Source: Tepidisphaera sp. (GTDB lineage Bacteria; Planctomycetota; Phycisphaerae; Phycisphaerales; UBA1924). Taken from it: 64,000 nucleotides of DNA. The translations under genes and the position numbers were made by a program. The stretch is from assembly GCA_050916045.1 (NCBI GenBank), contig CP051526.1:1536001-1600000 (forward strand), given 5' to 3'. Below, one piece after another: positions 45,443-55,185 of this stretch. The notes under the pieces were generated by a model. The model was not told the DNA's origin. It did no database searches and worked only from the letters and a program-made list of their open reading frames with translations. Position 1 is the stretch's first letter; each line of letters begins with the position of its first letter.

Positions 45443-45934
45443 TCAGATAAGCGTGGGGCGGCGGCGGGTCGGGAAGCCGGCGTCGATCACGGCGATCACG
45501 TTCAGCATGCCCGCGATCGCGGTAAAGAGGATGCCGACATCGAGAGGCTTGCCGATTGCTCGCTTGTACCTGGAGACGACCGGGTCGGGCGTCAGGCGGA
45601 CGCCGCCCGAGGTCATTTCCTTGAGGTTGTTCTGGTGGAAGTGGTCGATCGCGAAGGTGACCGGGCCGACCATGAGCTGGCCCAGGAACCACCAGTCGTT
45701 CTCTTTGCGGTCGATGACGGAGATGCCGCCGATCAGGATTCCCGAAGCGTAAAGCCCGAGAATGCCCGCGCCCACCAGCACGCCACGCTTGCGATCTCCC
45801 GCGACGACATGCCCGAGGCCCGGGAGCGCGGCACCGGCGACCAGCGCGATGGGATCAAAGCCGGTGGAGAGTTCCTGGGCCGATGAAGCCGCCGAGGCGT
45901 GGGCGGAGTTGGAGTTGTTGGAGTATTCAGGCAT
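45443..45934 (-). CDS. Membrane protein (DUF6677-like)
   Basis: LPGLGH, GILFTAIAGMLNVIAVID. Confidence 0.72.
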   Translation of the reverse strand: MPEYSNNSNSAHASAASSAQELSTGFDPIALVAGAALPGLGHVVAGDRKRGVLVGAGILGLYASGILIGGISVIDRKENDWWFLGQLMVGPVTFAIDHFHQNNLKEMTSGGVRLTPDPVVSRYKRAIGKPLDVGILFTAIAGMLNVIAVIDAGFPTRRRPTLI

Positions 45935-46179
45935 GGTGGTGAGTGCCGGTAATGTATCGCGGATCGAGACTCCGAGGCGGTGGACCCGGTTTCCGGGTCG
46001 GGTCGCGACGGGGATTGGACGAAAAAGTCCGGTGGGGGGTGGGTGGAGCGGCGCGCTGGAGGTGGGTAAGGTTGGGTCGTTCAGGGGGGGAGTCCGCGGT
46101 TGTGGGCTCGTCGGGTTCGAAGGTCGGGGTGGGTTCGAGGATCGATTCGTACTTCTCTCTCGAGTTTGAGGGCTTGAAA

Positions 46180-46506
46180 ATGATGATGAACACGGTCGAA
46201 TGTGAAGCATGGACGATTGACGGCGGCGAGGGCGCCGGCGGTGTGGCGGTCGAGGATCGGCCCGCGTCGCCCTTCGGCCCGGCGGATGACCAGGGCGCTT
46301 TCCGCACGGTCACGCCCGTCGCCTACGACGAAGAAGAGGGCGAGGACGAGGAATTCGAGGACGGTGAGTTCGACGACGAGGACGAAAGCCTCGGCGAGGA
46401 CGGCGAGAGCTTCGAGGACGACGACGAGGACTTCCTCGACGACGAGGACGAGTTCGACGACGAGAAGGACGACTCGAAGGACGATGACGACGATGACGAC
46501 CTTTAG
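46180..46506 (+). CDS. Small highly acidic protein
   Basis: C-terminal half is almost entirely D/E with regularly spaced Phe; codon-periodic GAC/GAG. Confidence 0.6.
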   Translation: MMMNTVECEAWTIDGGEGAGGVAVEDRPASPFGPADDQGAFRTVTPVAYDEEEGEDEEFEDGEFDDEDESLGEDGESFEDDDEDFLDDEDEFDDEKDDSKDDDDDDDL

Positions 46507-46628
46507 GCCTGTGACGGCTCCGGGAACCCCGGGCCGCGACGAACGGGTCGCCTGAGGGACAGATCACGCCGATACCACGCCGAGCCGGGAGCGCCCCGGG
46601 TCGGCGTTTTGTATCTGGAGATCCACCC

Positions 46629-47138
46629 ATGTCCAAGAACCAGCCCCCTTCGGGCCCACCCCGTGTCGCTCCCGCCGGAGAAGCCGCTCCGGCCGCTTCC
46701 TCGCCCCAGCCTCAGCCCGCCGATGAAGCCGCGACCGCCAAGCCCGCATGGGCCGACGGCTACGGCGGCGTCGTCGATCGCCGTCTGGGCATCGATCGCC
46801 GGGTCATCGAAGCCGGATTCACCGGCCTTGAGCGTCGCCGCGGTGCCGGCCGCCGACTCAGCGAATCCCAGCGTGAAGCCGAGGAAGGCCGCATGACCAA
46901 GGAGCAGTTCCTGTTCCTCGTCGCGGTCGATGAGTTCAAGAAAGCCAATCAGACCCAGTTCCCCACGTGGACCGACGTGCTTGAGGTCATCCGCTTGCTC
47001 GGATACCGCAAGACCTGCTCGAGCGAGCTCAACCTCCGCCGCGCCGAGGACTGGCTCGAACCGTCCAACGCCCCGTCCAACGTCCGCCCGCCCCGCTGGG
47101 CCGAACGCTTCGAGACCCGCAAGCGTCCGGCGGCGTGA
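46629..47138 (+). CDS. Conserved-looking hypothetical protein
   Basis: GGAG ribosome-binding site; DRR/ERR repeats then EEGRMTKEQFLF..FPTWTDVLEVIRLLGYRK. Confidence 0.75.
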   Translation: MSKNQPPSGPPRVAPAGEAAPAASSPQPQPADEAATAKPAWADGYGGVVDRRLGIDRRVIEAGFTGLERRRGAGRRLSESQREAEEGRMTKEQFLFLVAVDEFKKANQTQFPTWTDVLEVIRLLGYRKTCSSELNLRRAEDWLEPSNAPSNVRPPRWAERFETRKRPAA

Positions 47139-47162
47139 GACCGTGAAGATTCCGAGAAACGA

Positions 47163-47197
47163 AAAGAGCCGCGTCACCGAGGGTGGCGCGGCTCTTT
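47163..47197. terminator. Bidirectional intrinsic terminator
   Basis: Stem aaagagccgcgtcacc/ggtggcgcggctcttt between convergent genes. Confidence 0.8.
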
Positions 47198-47225
47198 GCT
47201 TGATGGGTTCGCGTTCGTTCGAGGC

Positions 47226-48200
47226 TTAGCGGCCGCCGGGTGCGCCGGGGACCGGGATGTTCCGGATGGTGTCGTAGGAGGACCGCTTCACGTCGGCGTC
47301 GAGGCTGACGTAGCGGCCGCCGCGAGCGGTGGGGACCGCCGTGGTGGAGCCCCAGTAGGGATACCCGTTGACCTGGCGGTGCATGTAGTCGGGAGCGTTG
47401 ATGAGCAGCGTGCCCTGCCAGTAGGTGATCGAGCCACCGTCGCCGCCGCCGTCGGTCCACTGGTCGGGCTCGACCAGCGAGGTGATCAGGTCCTTGACGG
47501 ACTTGGCGAGGTTCTCGCGGCGCATCGGGTCGGCTTGACGATTCTGGTTGTTCTGGTTGTTCTGGCCGAAGGGGCTCTGTCCGCCGCCACCGCCGCCGCC
47601 ACCACCGCCCGTGTTCTGGAACGCGGCTTGGAGGTCAAGCTCGGGGACGTCGGTCTTGTCCCGGACCTCAAAGAGCATGTCCGTGATGTCGTAGGACTCA
47701 AGGCGACGGAAGCGGTTGAGGGAGGTCTTGAGGCCGATCTGGATCGAGCCGCCGTCGGTCATCTGCCACGTCGCGGCGCTTGGGGTGGTCGTGGTGCCGG
47801 TGGCTTTGTCCAAGACCTTTTCGAGAAGCGAGAGGAGGGTCATGTTCTTGGCCGAGAGGGTGATGGAGGTTTCCTTCTCGAGGCCGGCGCCGGTGTTGTC
47901 GGTCCAGAGGACTTCAAAGTCCGCACCCGAGACATCGCGGATGAAGGTGATGCACTGCTCGAGGGTGTTGTCGGCGAAGTCGGCCGAGACGACCTTCATC
48001 ATCTTGGAGAGAGCCAGCGCGCCGGGGTGAACCGCGGTGGCGGTGCCGGAGGAGAAGGTGGTCGAGCGGGCGGGCTCGGCGGCTTTGGCGGGTTCCGCCG
48101 CAGCCGGAGCGGCCGGAGCGGCTTTGGGGTCCGGCTGAGACTGGGCGAGAGCCGAGGCGGCCAGACCGAGGAAGGTGACGAGAACAGCGGCGTGCTTCAT
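47226..48200 (-). CDS. Exported protein with secretin-N/STN-like domains
   Basis: Signal peptide; VSADFADNTLEQCITFI, ITLSAKNMTL, YDITDM, LITSLVEPDQW, LLINAPDYMHRQV. Confidence 0.7.
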   Translation of the reverse strand: MKHAAVLVTFLGLAASALAQSQPDPKAAPAAPAAAEPAKAAEPARSTTFSSGTATAVHPGALALSKMMKVVSADFADNTLEQCITFIRDVSGADFEVLWTDNTGAGLEKETSITLSAKNMTLLSLLEKVLDKATGTTTTPSAATWQMTDGGSIQIGLKTSLNRFRRLESYDITDMLFEVRDKTDVPELDLQAAFQNTGGGGGGGGGGQSPFGQNNQNNQNRQADPMRRENLAKSVKDLITSLVEPDQWTDGGGDGGSITYWQGTLLINAPDYMHRQVNGYPYWGSTTAVPTARGGRYVSLDADVKRSSYDTIRNIPVPGAPGGR

Positions 48201-48746
48201 GAACCAGCTCCTTGGGCCAAAGACATGGCCAGTGTACCCCGCAACGCCTCCACGCCCATGCGGCTCGGGCCGGTTTCGCTCGGAAACTCGCCCGACGGAC
48301 CGGGTCCGGCGTCCTGCCGGATCCGCGGTGCTCTGGCTTGGATGTCGGGGACGGGGTCGTTCATTGCGAACAAGCCCCGAAAATCCCGGTCCAAGTCCGT
48401 TTGCTGAACATCTATGACTGACTGATCGCCCGACAGTTCCCATCGGGTGCGGAAAAAGGCAGGATGAGCGCGATTTGGAAGCGACCGCCAGATCCTCGTG
48501 AAGCCGGGCTGCGGGGCTGTCGATGTTCTCGGGGCAGGCAGAGACCCCGGGATTTGGTCTCTCAGGCTCGAAAGTCTGAAAGGGTCCCGGTGCCTGACGG
48601 ATTGATGAGGAGCAGGGGCGTGCGCACGGGCGACCGGGCACGCGCCGGCGAAAGGCCGAGGGATCGGCTTTGCGGTTTCGCCACCGCCGCGAGTGTTCGC
48701 GGCCATGGCGCCTGACTCACGGATACGAGACAAGGAGCTTTTGAGA

Positions 48747-49700
48747 ATGACGTGCACGACCAACAACGGTTATACCCCCTCCGGCACCGCGGGCTCGCAC
48801 TGCGCCCCGTTCAACACCGGCGTGGGTCACACCCCGGGCTTTGTGGGGACGACGGGCAATCACCCGACGGGCACCGGCTATCCGACCGGCAACACGTTCC
48901 CGACCGGCGCGTACCCGACGGGCAACAACCCCTTCTCCCCGTACTTCTCGACGCAGAGCTTCTGGCCGACCGGCGCCTTCACCGGCCCGTCGACCGGTGA
49001 GCCCTTCGGCACGCCGAGCTTCTGGCAGGCGTTCCAGGCGTTCTGCGCGTGGACGAACGCTCAGAACTCCGTGAACGGCAACTTCACGCCGTGGTTTAAC
49101 CAGTTCCCCGGGTTCACGGGCAACGTGACGGGCAATGTGACGGGCAACTTCACCGGCCAGAACACCCCCTGGTTCGGCAACCAGGGCGTGACGCCGTCGT
49201 TCTTCGGCGGGTTCAATCCGTTCTTCGCCCAGAACACCTTCGGCCAGAACTTCTGGAACACGGTCGGCAACACCTACGGCCAGAACTTCAGCCCCACCTT
49301 CGGCAACACCTTCGGCCAGAACTTCAGCCCGACCTTTGGCAACACGTTCGGCACGCCGAACTTCTTCAACGGCTTCACGAACGGGTACAACAACGGCTTC
49401 ACGCCTTTCTTCGGCCAGAACACCTTCAACGGCTTCACGAACGGCTTCAACCCCTCGGCCTTCGGCTTCAACACCAACACGACGCCCTTCTTCGGCGTGA
49501 CGCCGTGGAACTTCAACTCCTTCGGCAACGTCTACGGCCAGCCGGTGAACCCGGCGTTCTTCGCGCAGTTCTTCACCCCCGGCTTCAACTCGACCTTCGG
49601 CCCCAACTTCACGAACACGGCGTTCTGGAACCAGAACGTGCCGTACGGCTACGCGACGCAGAACACGCAGAACTTCCGCGGCCTGGGCCTCGCGGCCTGA
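48747..49700 (+). CDS. Low-complexity F/G/N/T/P-rich protein (317 aa)
   Basis: AAGGAG ribosome-binding site; strongly biased codons (TTC, AAC, GGC); own terminator. Confidence 0.8.
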   Translation: MTCTTNNGYTPSGTAGSHCAPFNTGVGHTPGFVGTTGNHPTGTGYPTGNTFPTGAYPTGNNPFSPYFSTQSFWPTGAFTGPSTGEPFGTPSFWQAFQAFCAWTNAQNSVNGNFTPWFNQFPGFTGNVTGNVTGNFTGQNTPWFGNQGVTPSFFGGFNPFFAQNTFGQNFWNTVGNTYGQNFSPTFGNTFGQNFSPTFGNTFGTPNFFNGFTNGYNNGFTPFFGQNTFNGFTNGFNPSAFGFNTNTTPFFGVTPWNFNSFGNVYGQPVNPAFFAQFFTPGFNSTFGPNFTNTAFWNQNVPYGYATQNTQNFRGLGLAA

Positions 49701-49727
49701 TCGGGAGTCCTTTCCAAGCAAGAGATC

Positions 49728-49765
49728 GGGCGGGCGTCCTCTTCGAGGGCGCCCGCTCTGTTTTT
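49728..49765 (+). terminator. Intrinsic terminator
   Basis: Stem gggcgggcgtcctc/gagggcgcccgctc followed by TGTTTTT. Confidence 0.75.
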
Positions 49766-50391
49766 CACGCGGGTTCGAGCAGGACGAGCCACTCGAGGTT
49801 CCCGCTGAGCTTGCTCCCGCCGCGGATGGGAGACTGTGTCTCGCCGAGGATGCGGACGCCGGCTTGCGGGAGAGCGTCGATCACCGTGCGGGCGATCGAA
49901 GCGGCCTGACCGTCGTCAAGGACTCCGCCGCGGGGGAGCGTGATGCCGAGAGATTTGGCTTCGTAGTGCGGCTTGACGAGGGCGATGATCCTTCCGCCCG
50001 GCGCAAGCCAGCGGAGAGCGGCCGGGACGGCGAGCTTCGTCGGCGTCCAGCTCACATCGAGGGTCGCCAGTGCGACGGCGGCCCGGGGCTCGACGTGCAG
50101 GGCATTCTCGCGTTCCATGACGGTGACGCGCGGGTCTTTGCGGAGCGTCCACGCCAGCTCTCCGTACGCGGTGTCAACGGCGAAGACGTGAGAAGCCCCG
50201 TGACGCAGCAGGCAATCGGTAAAGCCGCCGGTGCTGCACCCGAGGTCGACGCACGTCAGGCCGGTGGCCTCGACGCTGAACTGGCGCAGCGCGTGCGCGA
50301 GCTTGAGGCCGCCTTTGGAGACGTAGGGCTTGGGCTCGCCGGCGGGCGGCGTGGATGGAGAGCGGTCGGATGGCGAGGGGTCGGGGCTCAC
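49765..50391 (-). CDS. tlyA: TlyA-family rRNA 2'-O-methyltransferase without the S4 domain
   Basis: YVSKGGLKL, DLGCSTGGFTDCLL, DVSW, LVKPHYE, SPIRG..GNLE. Confidence 0.87.
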   Translation of the reverse strand: MSPDPSPSDRSPSTPPAGEPKPYVSKGGLKLAHALRQFSVEATGLTCVDLGCSTGGFTDCLLRHGASHVFAVDTAYGELAWTLRKDPRVTVMERENALHVEPRAAVALATLDVSWTPTKLAVPAALRWLAPGGRIIALVKPHYEAKSLGITLPRGGVLDDGQAASIARTVIDALPQAGVRILGETQSPIRGGSKLSGNLEWLVLLEPA

Positions 50392-51284
50392 GCGTGGGCC
50401 GAGGGGACGCCGACGATCGAGATGCCAAGCTCATCGGCGCGGGCGATCATGGCCCGCTTGTCGAGCATGATCACCTCGCCGGCGGCGAGGGCGAGACAGC
50501 CACCGCCGTTGCGAGCGAGGTTTTCGATGGTCGTGACACCGACGGTGGGCACGTCGCTGCGGCGATCGTGGCCGGCGCGAGCGGCTTTGACGAGCGTCCA
50601 GCCTTGCTTGCGGCAGAGCTGGCCGACGCGTTCGATCATGCGGTCGGTGCCCTCGACGGCTTCGACGGCCATGGTGTCGCGTTCGCGGACGGCCATGGCC
50701 TGCCCGACGTCGAGGCTGAGCATCTGCTGAAGGATGGGCCAGGCGAAGTCGATGTCGCCGCGCTGCTCCTTGGAGGGCATCGTCTTGGTCATGACACCCG
50801 GCGTGGACATTTCGTCGGGGATGGGCGCGGTGGAGTCCAACAGCGCGACGCCGCAACGGTCGAGCTCGTGGGCGATGGCGGAGAGGACGGCGTAGGAGCG
50901 CTTGTCGTGGCGCAGATGGCGGTACCAGGCCATGAGGGTGCGCCAGTCGGGGATGTAGCGCAGGATCCGGAACGGATCGTGCATGAGCTTGGCTTTGTCG
51001 ACCTTCCCGACCATGATGGCGTGGCGGACGCCGAGCTTGGCGAGAGCTTTGCCCCAGCCGCCGACCTTGAGGAGGCCGACTTCCTGGAAGCTGGCGCAGA
51101 GGCCGGGCAGCTCGGGGTCGAACTGCTTGGCGAGGCCGAGGGCGTGGACGGGGTGTCCCGCGCGGCTGAGGCTTTTCGCGATGACGATGGGGAGTTGGCC
51201 GCCGCCGGCGATGAGACCGATCGCGGTCGGAGGCGGCGGCGGCTCCGGAAGCACGGTCAAGTAGGCTGGTACCAACGCGGACAT
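50388..51284 (-). CDS. lpxI: UDP-2,3-diacylglucosamine diphosphatase LpxI
   Basis: GLIAGGGQLP, DVGQ, AVEAVEGTDRMI, DVPTVG. Confidence 0.9.
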   Translation of the reverse strand: MSALVPAYLTVLPEPPPPPTAIGLIAGGGQLPIVIAKSLSRAGHPVHALGLAKQFDPELPGLCASFQEVGLLKVGGWGKALAKLGVRHAIMVGKVDKAKLMHDPFRILRYIPDWRTLMAWYRHLRHDKRSYAVLSAIAHELDRCGVALLDSTAPIPDEMSTPGVMTKTMPSKEQRGDIDFAWPILQQMLSLDVGQAMAVRERDTMAVEAVEGTDRMIERVGQLCRKQGWTLVKAARAGHDRRSDVPTVGVTTIENLARNGGGCLALAAGEVIMLDKRAMIARADELGISIVGVPSAHA

Positions 51285-51510
51285 CGCGGCTTGCTATCCC
51301 TTCTGTCGGACACCCATCCGTTCCCCGAGACCAGATGATACTCGGGCGAAACCATTCGCGGGTTTGGTTTTTGGATGGATACCGAGGACCGGAGAAGTTT
51401 ATGGATGCTAACTCGAGGAATTCCAGATCGCTCCGCGGCCAATCTGGTATCGGACGTTCCGGGCCCAACGCTGTCGAAGTTCCGCTCGCGATTTCGACGA
51501 TTGAACCGGC

Positions 51511-51723
51511 ATGAGCCATGAGGAGAGCCAGCAGCAGGCCAGGCCGCACGCGCGGGTGCATTTCCAGTGCGCGGGTCGGATGGTGACGGTGACGGAAGGG
51601 AGAGCGGCAGGGGCGATTGCGCGCTGTCCAAAGTGCGGAGACGCGACCGTGCTTCCGCCGCGCGTGGCGGATGAGCCTGCGTGCCGGGCGTTTCAGATTC
51701 AGTGCGGGCGATTGGTGGGGTAG
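51511..51723 (+). CDS. Possible small Cys-containing (zinc-ribbon-like) protein
   Basis: CPKCG in a 70-aa ORF filling an intergenic gap; may be spurious. Confidence 0.25.
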   Translation: MSHEESQQQARPHARVHFQCAGRMVTVTEGRAAGAIARCPKCGDATVLPPRVADEPACRAFQIQCGRLVG

Positions 51724-51862
51724 CGGGCTCTTTCGCGTGAGCGCGGCGGCCCCGAGCTTTTGCGGGAATGAAGAGTGGGCGTGAGTCACGGCTTGCCGCG
51801 ATTCGAAAGCTCGCTGCAGCGAGGAGGGAATCCCTCGCGGGAAACCGTGGGTACACTCGCCC

Positions 51863-52387
51863 ATGGCCGGGATCTTCAGCAGTTCGTATCCCATCTCGCG
51901 TTCGACGGGCCGCTGCGCGGCGACGGGGCGTGAGTTTGCTCCTGGTGAGGCGATGGTGGCGACCCTGGTGGAAGCCGAGGGGCGTGAGGAGCTTCAGCGG
52001 CTTGATTTTTCGGTCTCCGCGTGGGGGGAGGGAGCGCGGCCGGGCGCGGGCATGAGGCTCTTTGCGAGCTGGCGTGCGACGCACCACGCGGGGGACACGA
52101 AGAAGAAGCTGTTGCTCGGGGATGATGAGCTTTTGGATCTGTTCGAGCAGCTCGCAGGTTCGGATCAGCCGCGGCAGCGGGCGTTTCGATATGTGCTGGC
52201 GCTGCTTCTGGTGCGGCGTCGGATTTTGATTTACGAGGGTCAGCAGCCGGGTGTGATGCGGGTGCGTGAGAAGCGGCTTGCGGCGGAGACGCCGGCACCG
52301 ATCGTGGACGTGGTGGACCCGGGCCTTGATGACGAGACGACGGCGGCGGTGATCGAGCAGCTTGGCGAGGTGATCGGTGCGGAGTGA
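51863..52387 (+). CDS. Hypothetical protein
   Basis: TGRCAATGREF..GE, RYVLALLLVRRRIL; overlaps the next gene as in an operon. Confidence 0.75.
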   Translation: MAGIFSSSYPISRSTGRCAATGREFAPGEAMVATLVEAEGREELQRLDFSVSAWGEGARPGAGMRLFASWRATHHAGDTKKKLLLGDDELLDLFEQLAGSDQPRQRAFRYVLALLLVRRRILIYEGQQPGVMRVREKRLAAETPAPIVDVVDPGLDDETTAAVIEQLGEVIGAE

Positions 52388-52397
52388 GGCGCGGCGA

Positions 52398-53285
52398 GTG
52401 GTGGCGGGCGTGCTTCTCGCGATGGTCGCGGTGGCGGGGGGGTGCGGCGCGATCGGGCAGCGCAAGCCGACGGAACCGAGCGAGGTGCGTCGCCGCCCGC
52501 CGAAAGCGGCGGAGTTCATCGCCAAGCACAACGAGCGGGTGGCCAAGCTCAACCGGCTTTGGATGCGGACGGAGCTTTGGCTTCGCGGGACGACGCCGGA
52601 GGGGGAGAAGCTTGACGAGGTGACGGAGGGTCACCTGATGGTCGAGCTTCCGCGGAACCTTTCGCTGACGGTGAAGAAGCTTGGTGAGACGTACTTCGTG
52701 CTGGGGTCCAACGGCGAGCGGTACTGGTGGCTTGACCTTTCGCGGGAAGAGCGGCCGGGGCTTGCGGGTGAGCACGCGAAAGCGACGCGGGAGCGGGTGA
52801 AGCGATTCGGGCTTCCGGTTCTGCCGCTGGATCTGATCGAGCTTCTGGCGATCACGCCGATTGATCCTGCGGTGGAGGGGACGGCGCAGACGCGGTGGGT
52901 GTCGGAGAAGGAGGGGGAGATCGTGTTCGCGGTGCCGGGGGGTTCGCGGGCGATCCGGTTTGATGCGAAGACGCTTGAACCGACGGCGGTAGAGCTTCGG
53001 GATGAGAGCGGGTTTGCGGTCGTGTCTTCGGCGATGTCGGAGTTTGAGCCGACGCCGATCCGCGGGGAGCCTGGGCTTATGCCGAAGTTTCAGCGGAAGA
53101 CGGACATCGTGCTCAATGAGCTTGATGGCGTGGGCAAGAGTGGGACGCGTGTGCGGGTGACGATCACGGCGTACGACGCGGAGAACAGGCCTCTGAATCC
53201 GGCGTTGTTCGATCTGCCCGAACTGGTGAAGCGGCACCGCGTGAGCGTGGTGCGGTCGGTGGATGAGATGGAGCTCCGCCCGTGA
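52398..53285 (+). CDS. Lipoprotein, possibly LolA/LolB-like fold (start uncertain)
   Basis: Lipobox VAGGC; LGSNGERYWW; C-terminal LNPALFDL. Confidence 0.6.
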   Translation: MVAGVLLAMVAVAGGCGAIGQRKPTEPSEVRRRPPKAAEFIAKHNERVAKLNRLWMRTELWLRGTTPEGEKLDEVTEGHLMVELPRNLSLTVKKLGETYFVLGSNGERYWWLDLSREERPGLAGEHAKATRERVKRFGLPVLPLDLIELLAITPIDPAVEGTAQTRWVSEKEGEIVFAVPGGSRAIRFDAKTLEPTAVELRDESGFAVVSSAMSEFEPTPIRGEPGLMPKFQRKTDIVLNELDGVGKSGTRVRVTITAYDAENRPLNPALFDLPELVKRHRVSVVRSVDEMELRP

Positions 53286-55000
53286 TGAAGCGGATGGTCA
53301 GTGTGGCGGTCGCGTTGCTCGCGGTGTTCGCGGTGGCGAAGGCGATGGCGCGGCAGGCGCCGCCGACGCTGCCGTCGGCGGGTGCGCCGCTGATGACGGA
53401 GGGGCAGCGGCGATCGTCGGGGCTTCCGATCTCGCACGCGTGGATGGTTCGCGAGAGGGCGCGGCTTCGGACGAACGAGCCTTCGCTGTGGCAGGTTTAC
53501 CACGTGCCGCCGCGGCGGTCGGTGACGACGGATGACGGGTTGGCGCATGGGTCGCCGGACGGGTCGCTCCGCGTGTCGGCGCAGCTTGCTCGGAGGCCGG
53601 AAGCGATCGCGGCGTGGAAGAACGAAGCGACGTTTATCTTCGAGCCGGTGCCGATCGATGAGAGCAAGCCGAACGGGCCGGCGGTGCGGCAGCTTTTGTC
53701 GCTTTCGACCGAGCCTCGGGCGCTGGATATCTGGATTGATGTTCCTGAGGGGCGGCTGACGTCGCTTCCGGAGTTGCCGGGCCGGGGGCGGCTGGCGGGG
53801 TTTGCGGGGACGCCGCTTGGTCCGATGGCGCTGACGTCGGAGGATGATGGGGCGCTGGAGGGCGGGTCCAAGCGATGGCTGCTGCGACTGCTTGGCAAAG
53901 CGGGTTGGGCGGAGTGTGCGCTCCCGCCGGGCGCGAAGGAGCTGTCGAATCTGACGCTTCTGGCGGACGGAGCCGGCGTGAGCATGGTCGGCGTGGGGAC
54001 GCGGACGGTGGAGTGGTGGCGAGGGCGCGTCGAGGGCGAGGGCTTTGTCTGGGAAGCGATGTCGCGCACGCTGGGCGGACAGGTCGGCGCGGAGTTGGGG
54101 CCGGAGTCGGCGGGCCGGAGCGTGTTCCTGGTGATTCGCGGGTCGCTCTTTGCGATCTCGCCGGTCACCGAAGCGAACTGGTCGACGGTGCGGGTCTTTG
54201 AGCTTGATCCCGCCGGGCCGCGGCTGGTGTCGACGGTGACGGGCTCGCGCGGGGCGCTTGGGATCCTGCCGATGGAGGGGTTGTCGCGCGTGGCGATGGT
54301 GTGGGATGCGGGTCCGACGGCGCCGATCGCGGAGCAGCGGCTTTCGGTGACGGAGGTTTCGCTCTGGACAGGGCGGACGCTTTTCTCGGGTCCGCACGTG
54401 ATCGCGGGGCCGCTCACGCGGTCGGACGCGGTGATGCTCGGGGTGATGCTGTTTGTGATCGCGGCGTCGGTGATCGTGTTTGTGATGCGGTCGGACACGG
54501 CTTTGGAGGTCACGCTTCCGCCGGGTTTGTCGCTCGCGGATCCATCGCGGCGGTTCCTGGCTTCGATGATCGACGGCGGGATCGCGATCGTGGTCGCTTC
54601 GCGGATCATCGATCTGCCGCTTTCGGAGGTTTTTTCGGTGGAAGCGGCGGTGGGCGCCCAGCCGGTGAAGCTGATGTTCACGTCGATGGGCATCGCGTTC
54701 GTTCACACGACGTTGTCCGAGGTGCTTTTCTCGAGGTCGATCGGTAAAGCACTGATGGGGTGCTTTGTGGTGAAGCTTCCCAAGACTCCGGACGCGACCA
54801 AGCCGCACGAGGGCGTGACGCGGGTGACGTTCGGGGCCGCGCTGGTGCGGAACGCCATCAAGTGGGGGATGCCGCCGGTCGTGGCGCTGACGTTCCTCGA
54901 GCCCTCGAGGCGCCATCGGGCCGAGCTTCTCACGCGGACGGCGGTGGTGGTGCCGTTTTCGGACTCTTCGGAGCCCGGGGAATCGGACGACGAGGGGTGA
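53285..55000 (+). CDS. RDD-domain membrane protein with a large exported N-terminal region
   Basis: LADPSRRFLASMIDG, SIGKALMG, ALVRNAIK, TRTAVV. Confidence 0.8.
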   Translation: MKRMVSVAVALLAVFAVAKAMARQAPPTLPSAGAPLMTEGQRRSSGLPISHAWMVRERARLRTNEPSLWQVYHVPPRRSVTTDDGLAHGSPDGSLRVSAQLARRPEAIAAWKNEATFIFEPVPIDESKPNGPAVRQLLSLSTEPRALDIWIDVPEGRLTSLPELPGRGRLAGFAGTPLGPMALTSEDDGALEGGSKRWLLRLLGKAGWAECALPPGAKELSNLTLLADGAGVSMVGVGTRTVEWWRGRVEGEGFVWEAMSRTLGGQVGAELGPESAGRSVFLVIRGSLFAISPVTEANWSTVRVFELDPAGPRLVSTVTGSRGALGILPMEGLSRVAMVWDAGPTAPIAEQRLSVTEVSLWTGRTLFSGPHVIAGPLTRSDAVMLGVMLFVIAASVIVFVMRSDTALEVTLPPGLSLADPSRRFLASMIDGGIAIVVASRIIDLPLSEVFSVEAAVGAQPVKLMFTSMGIAFVHTTLSEVLFSRSIGKALMGCFVVKLPKTPDATKPHEGVTRVTFGAALVRNAIKWGMPPVVALTFLEPSRRHRAELLTRTAVVVPFSDSSEPGESDDEG

Positions 55001-55185
55001 AGCGGGGTGGAGAGGGGTGGGGGCGGGTGGGGCGATAACTCGCGCCGGGCGACTTTGGACCGGATAAGCGCAGGAAGTGCCTCCAACATCAAGGTGATTT
55101 TGCGCCCAACCCGATAGACCCACGGGCCGGAGATCGGCCGCCGCCAGGTTCGACCGGGGTGTACCCGGAAGAACTCGCGGAGCAG

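Noticed and set aside
48535..48600. Glycine riboswitch (CTCTCAGG)
   Set aside because: The other aptamer motifs are absent; only two local hairpins are present.
49230..49450. CRISPR-like 36-bp repeats
   Set aside because: In-frame coding repeats with synonymous variation, no spacers and no cas genes.
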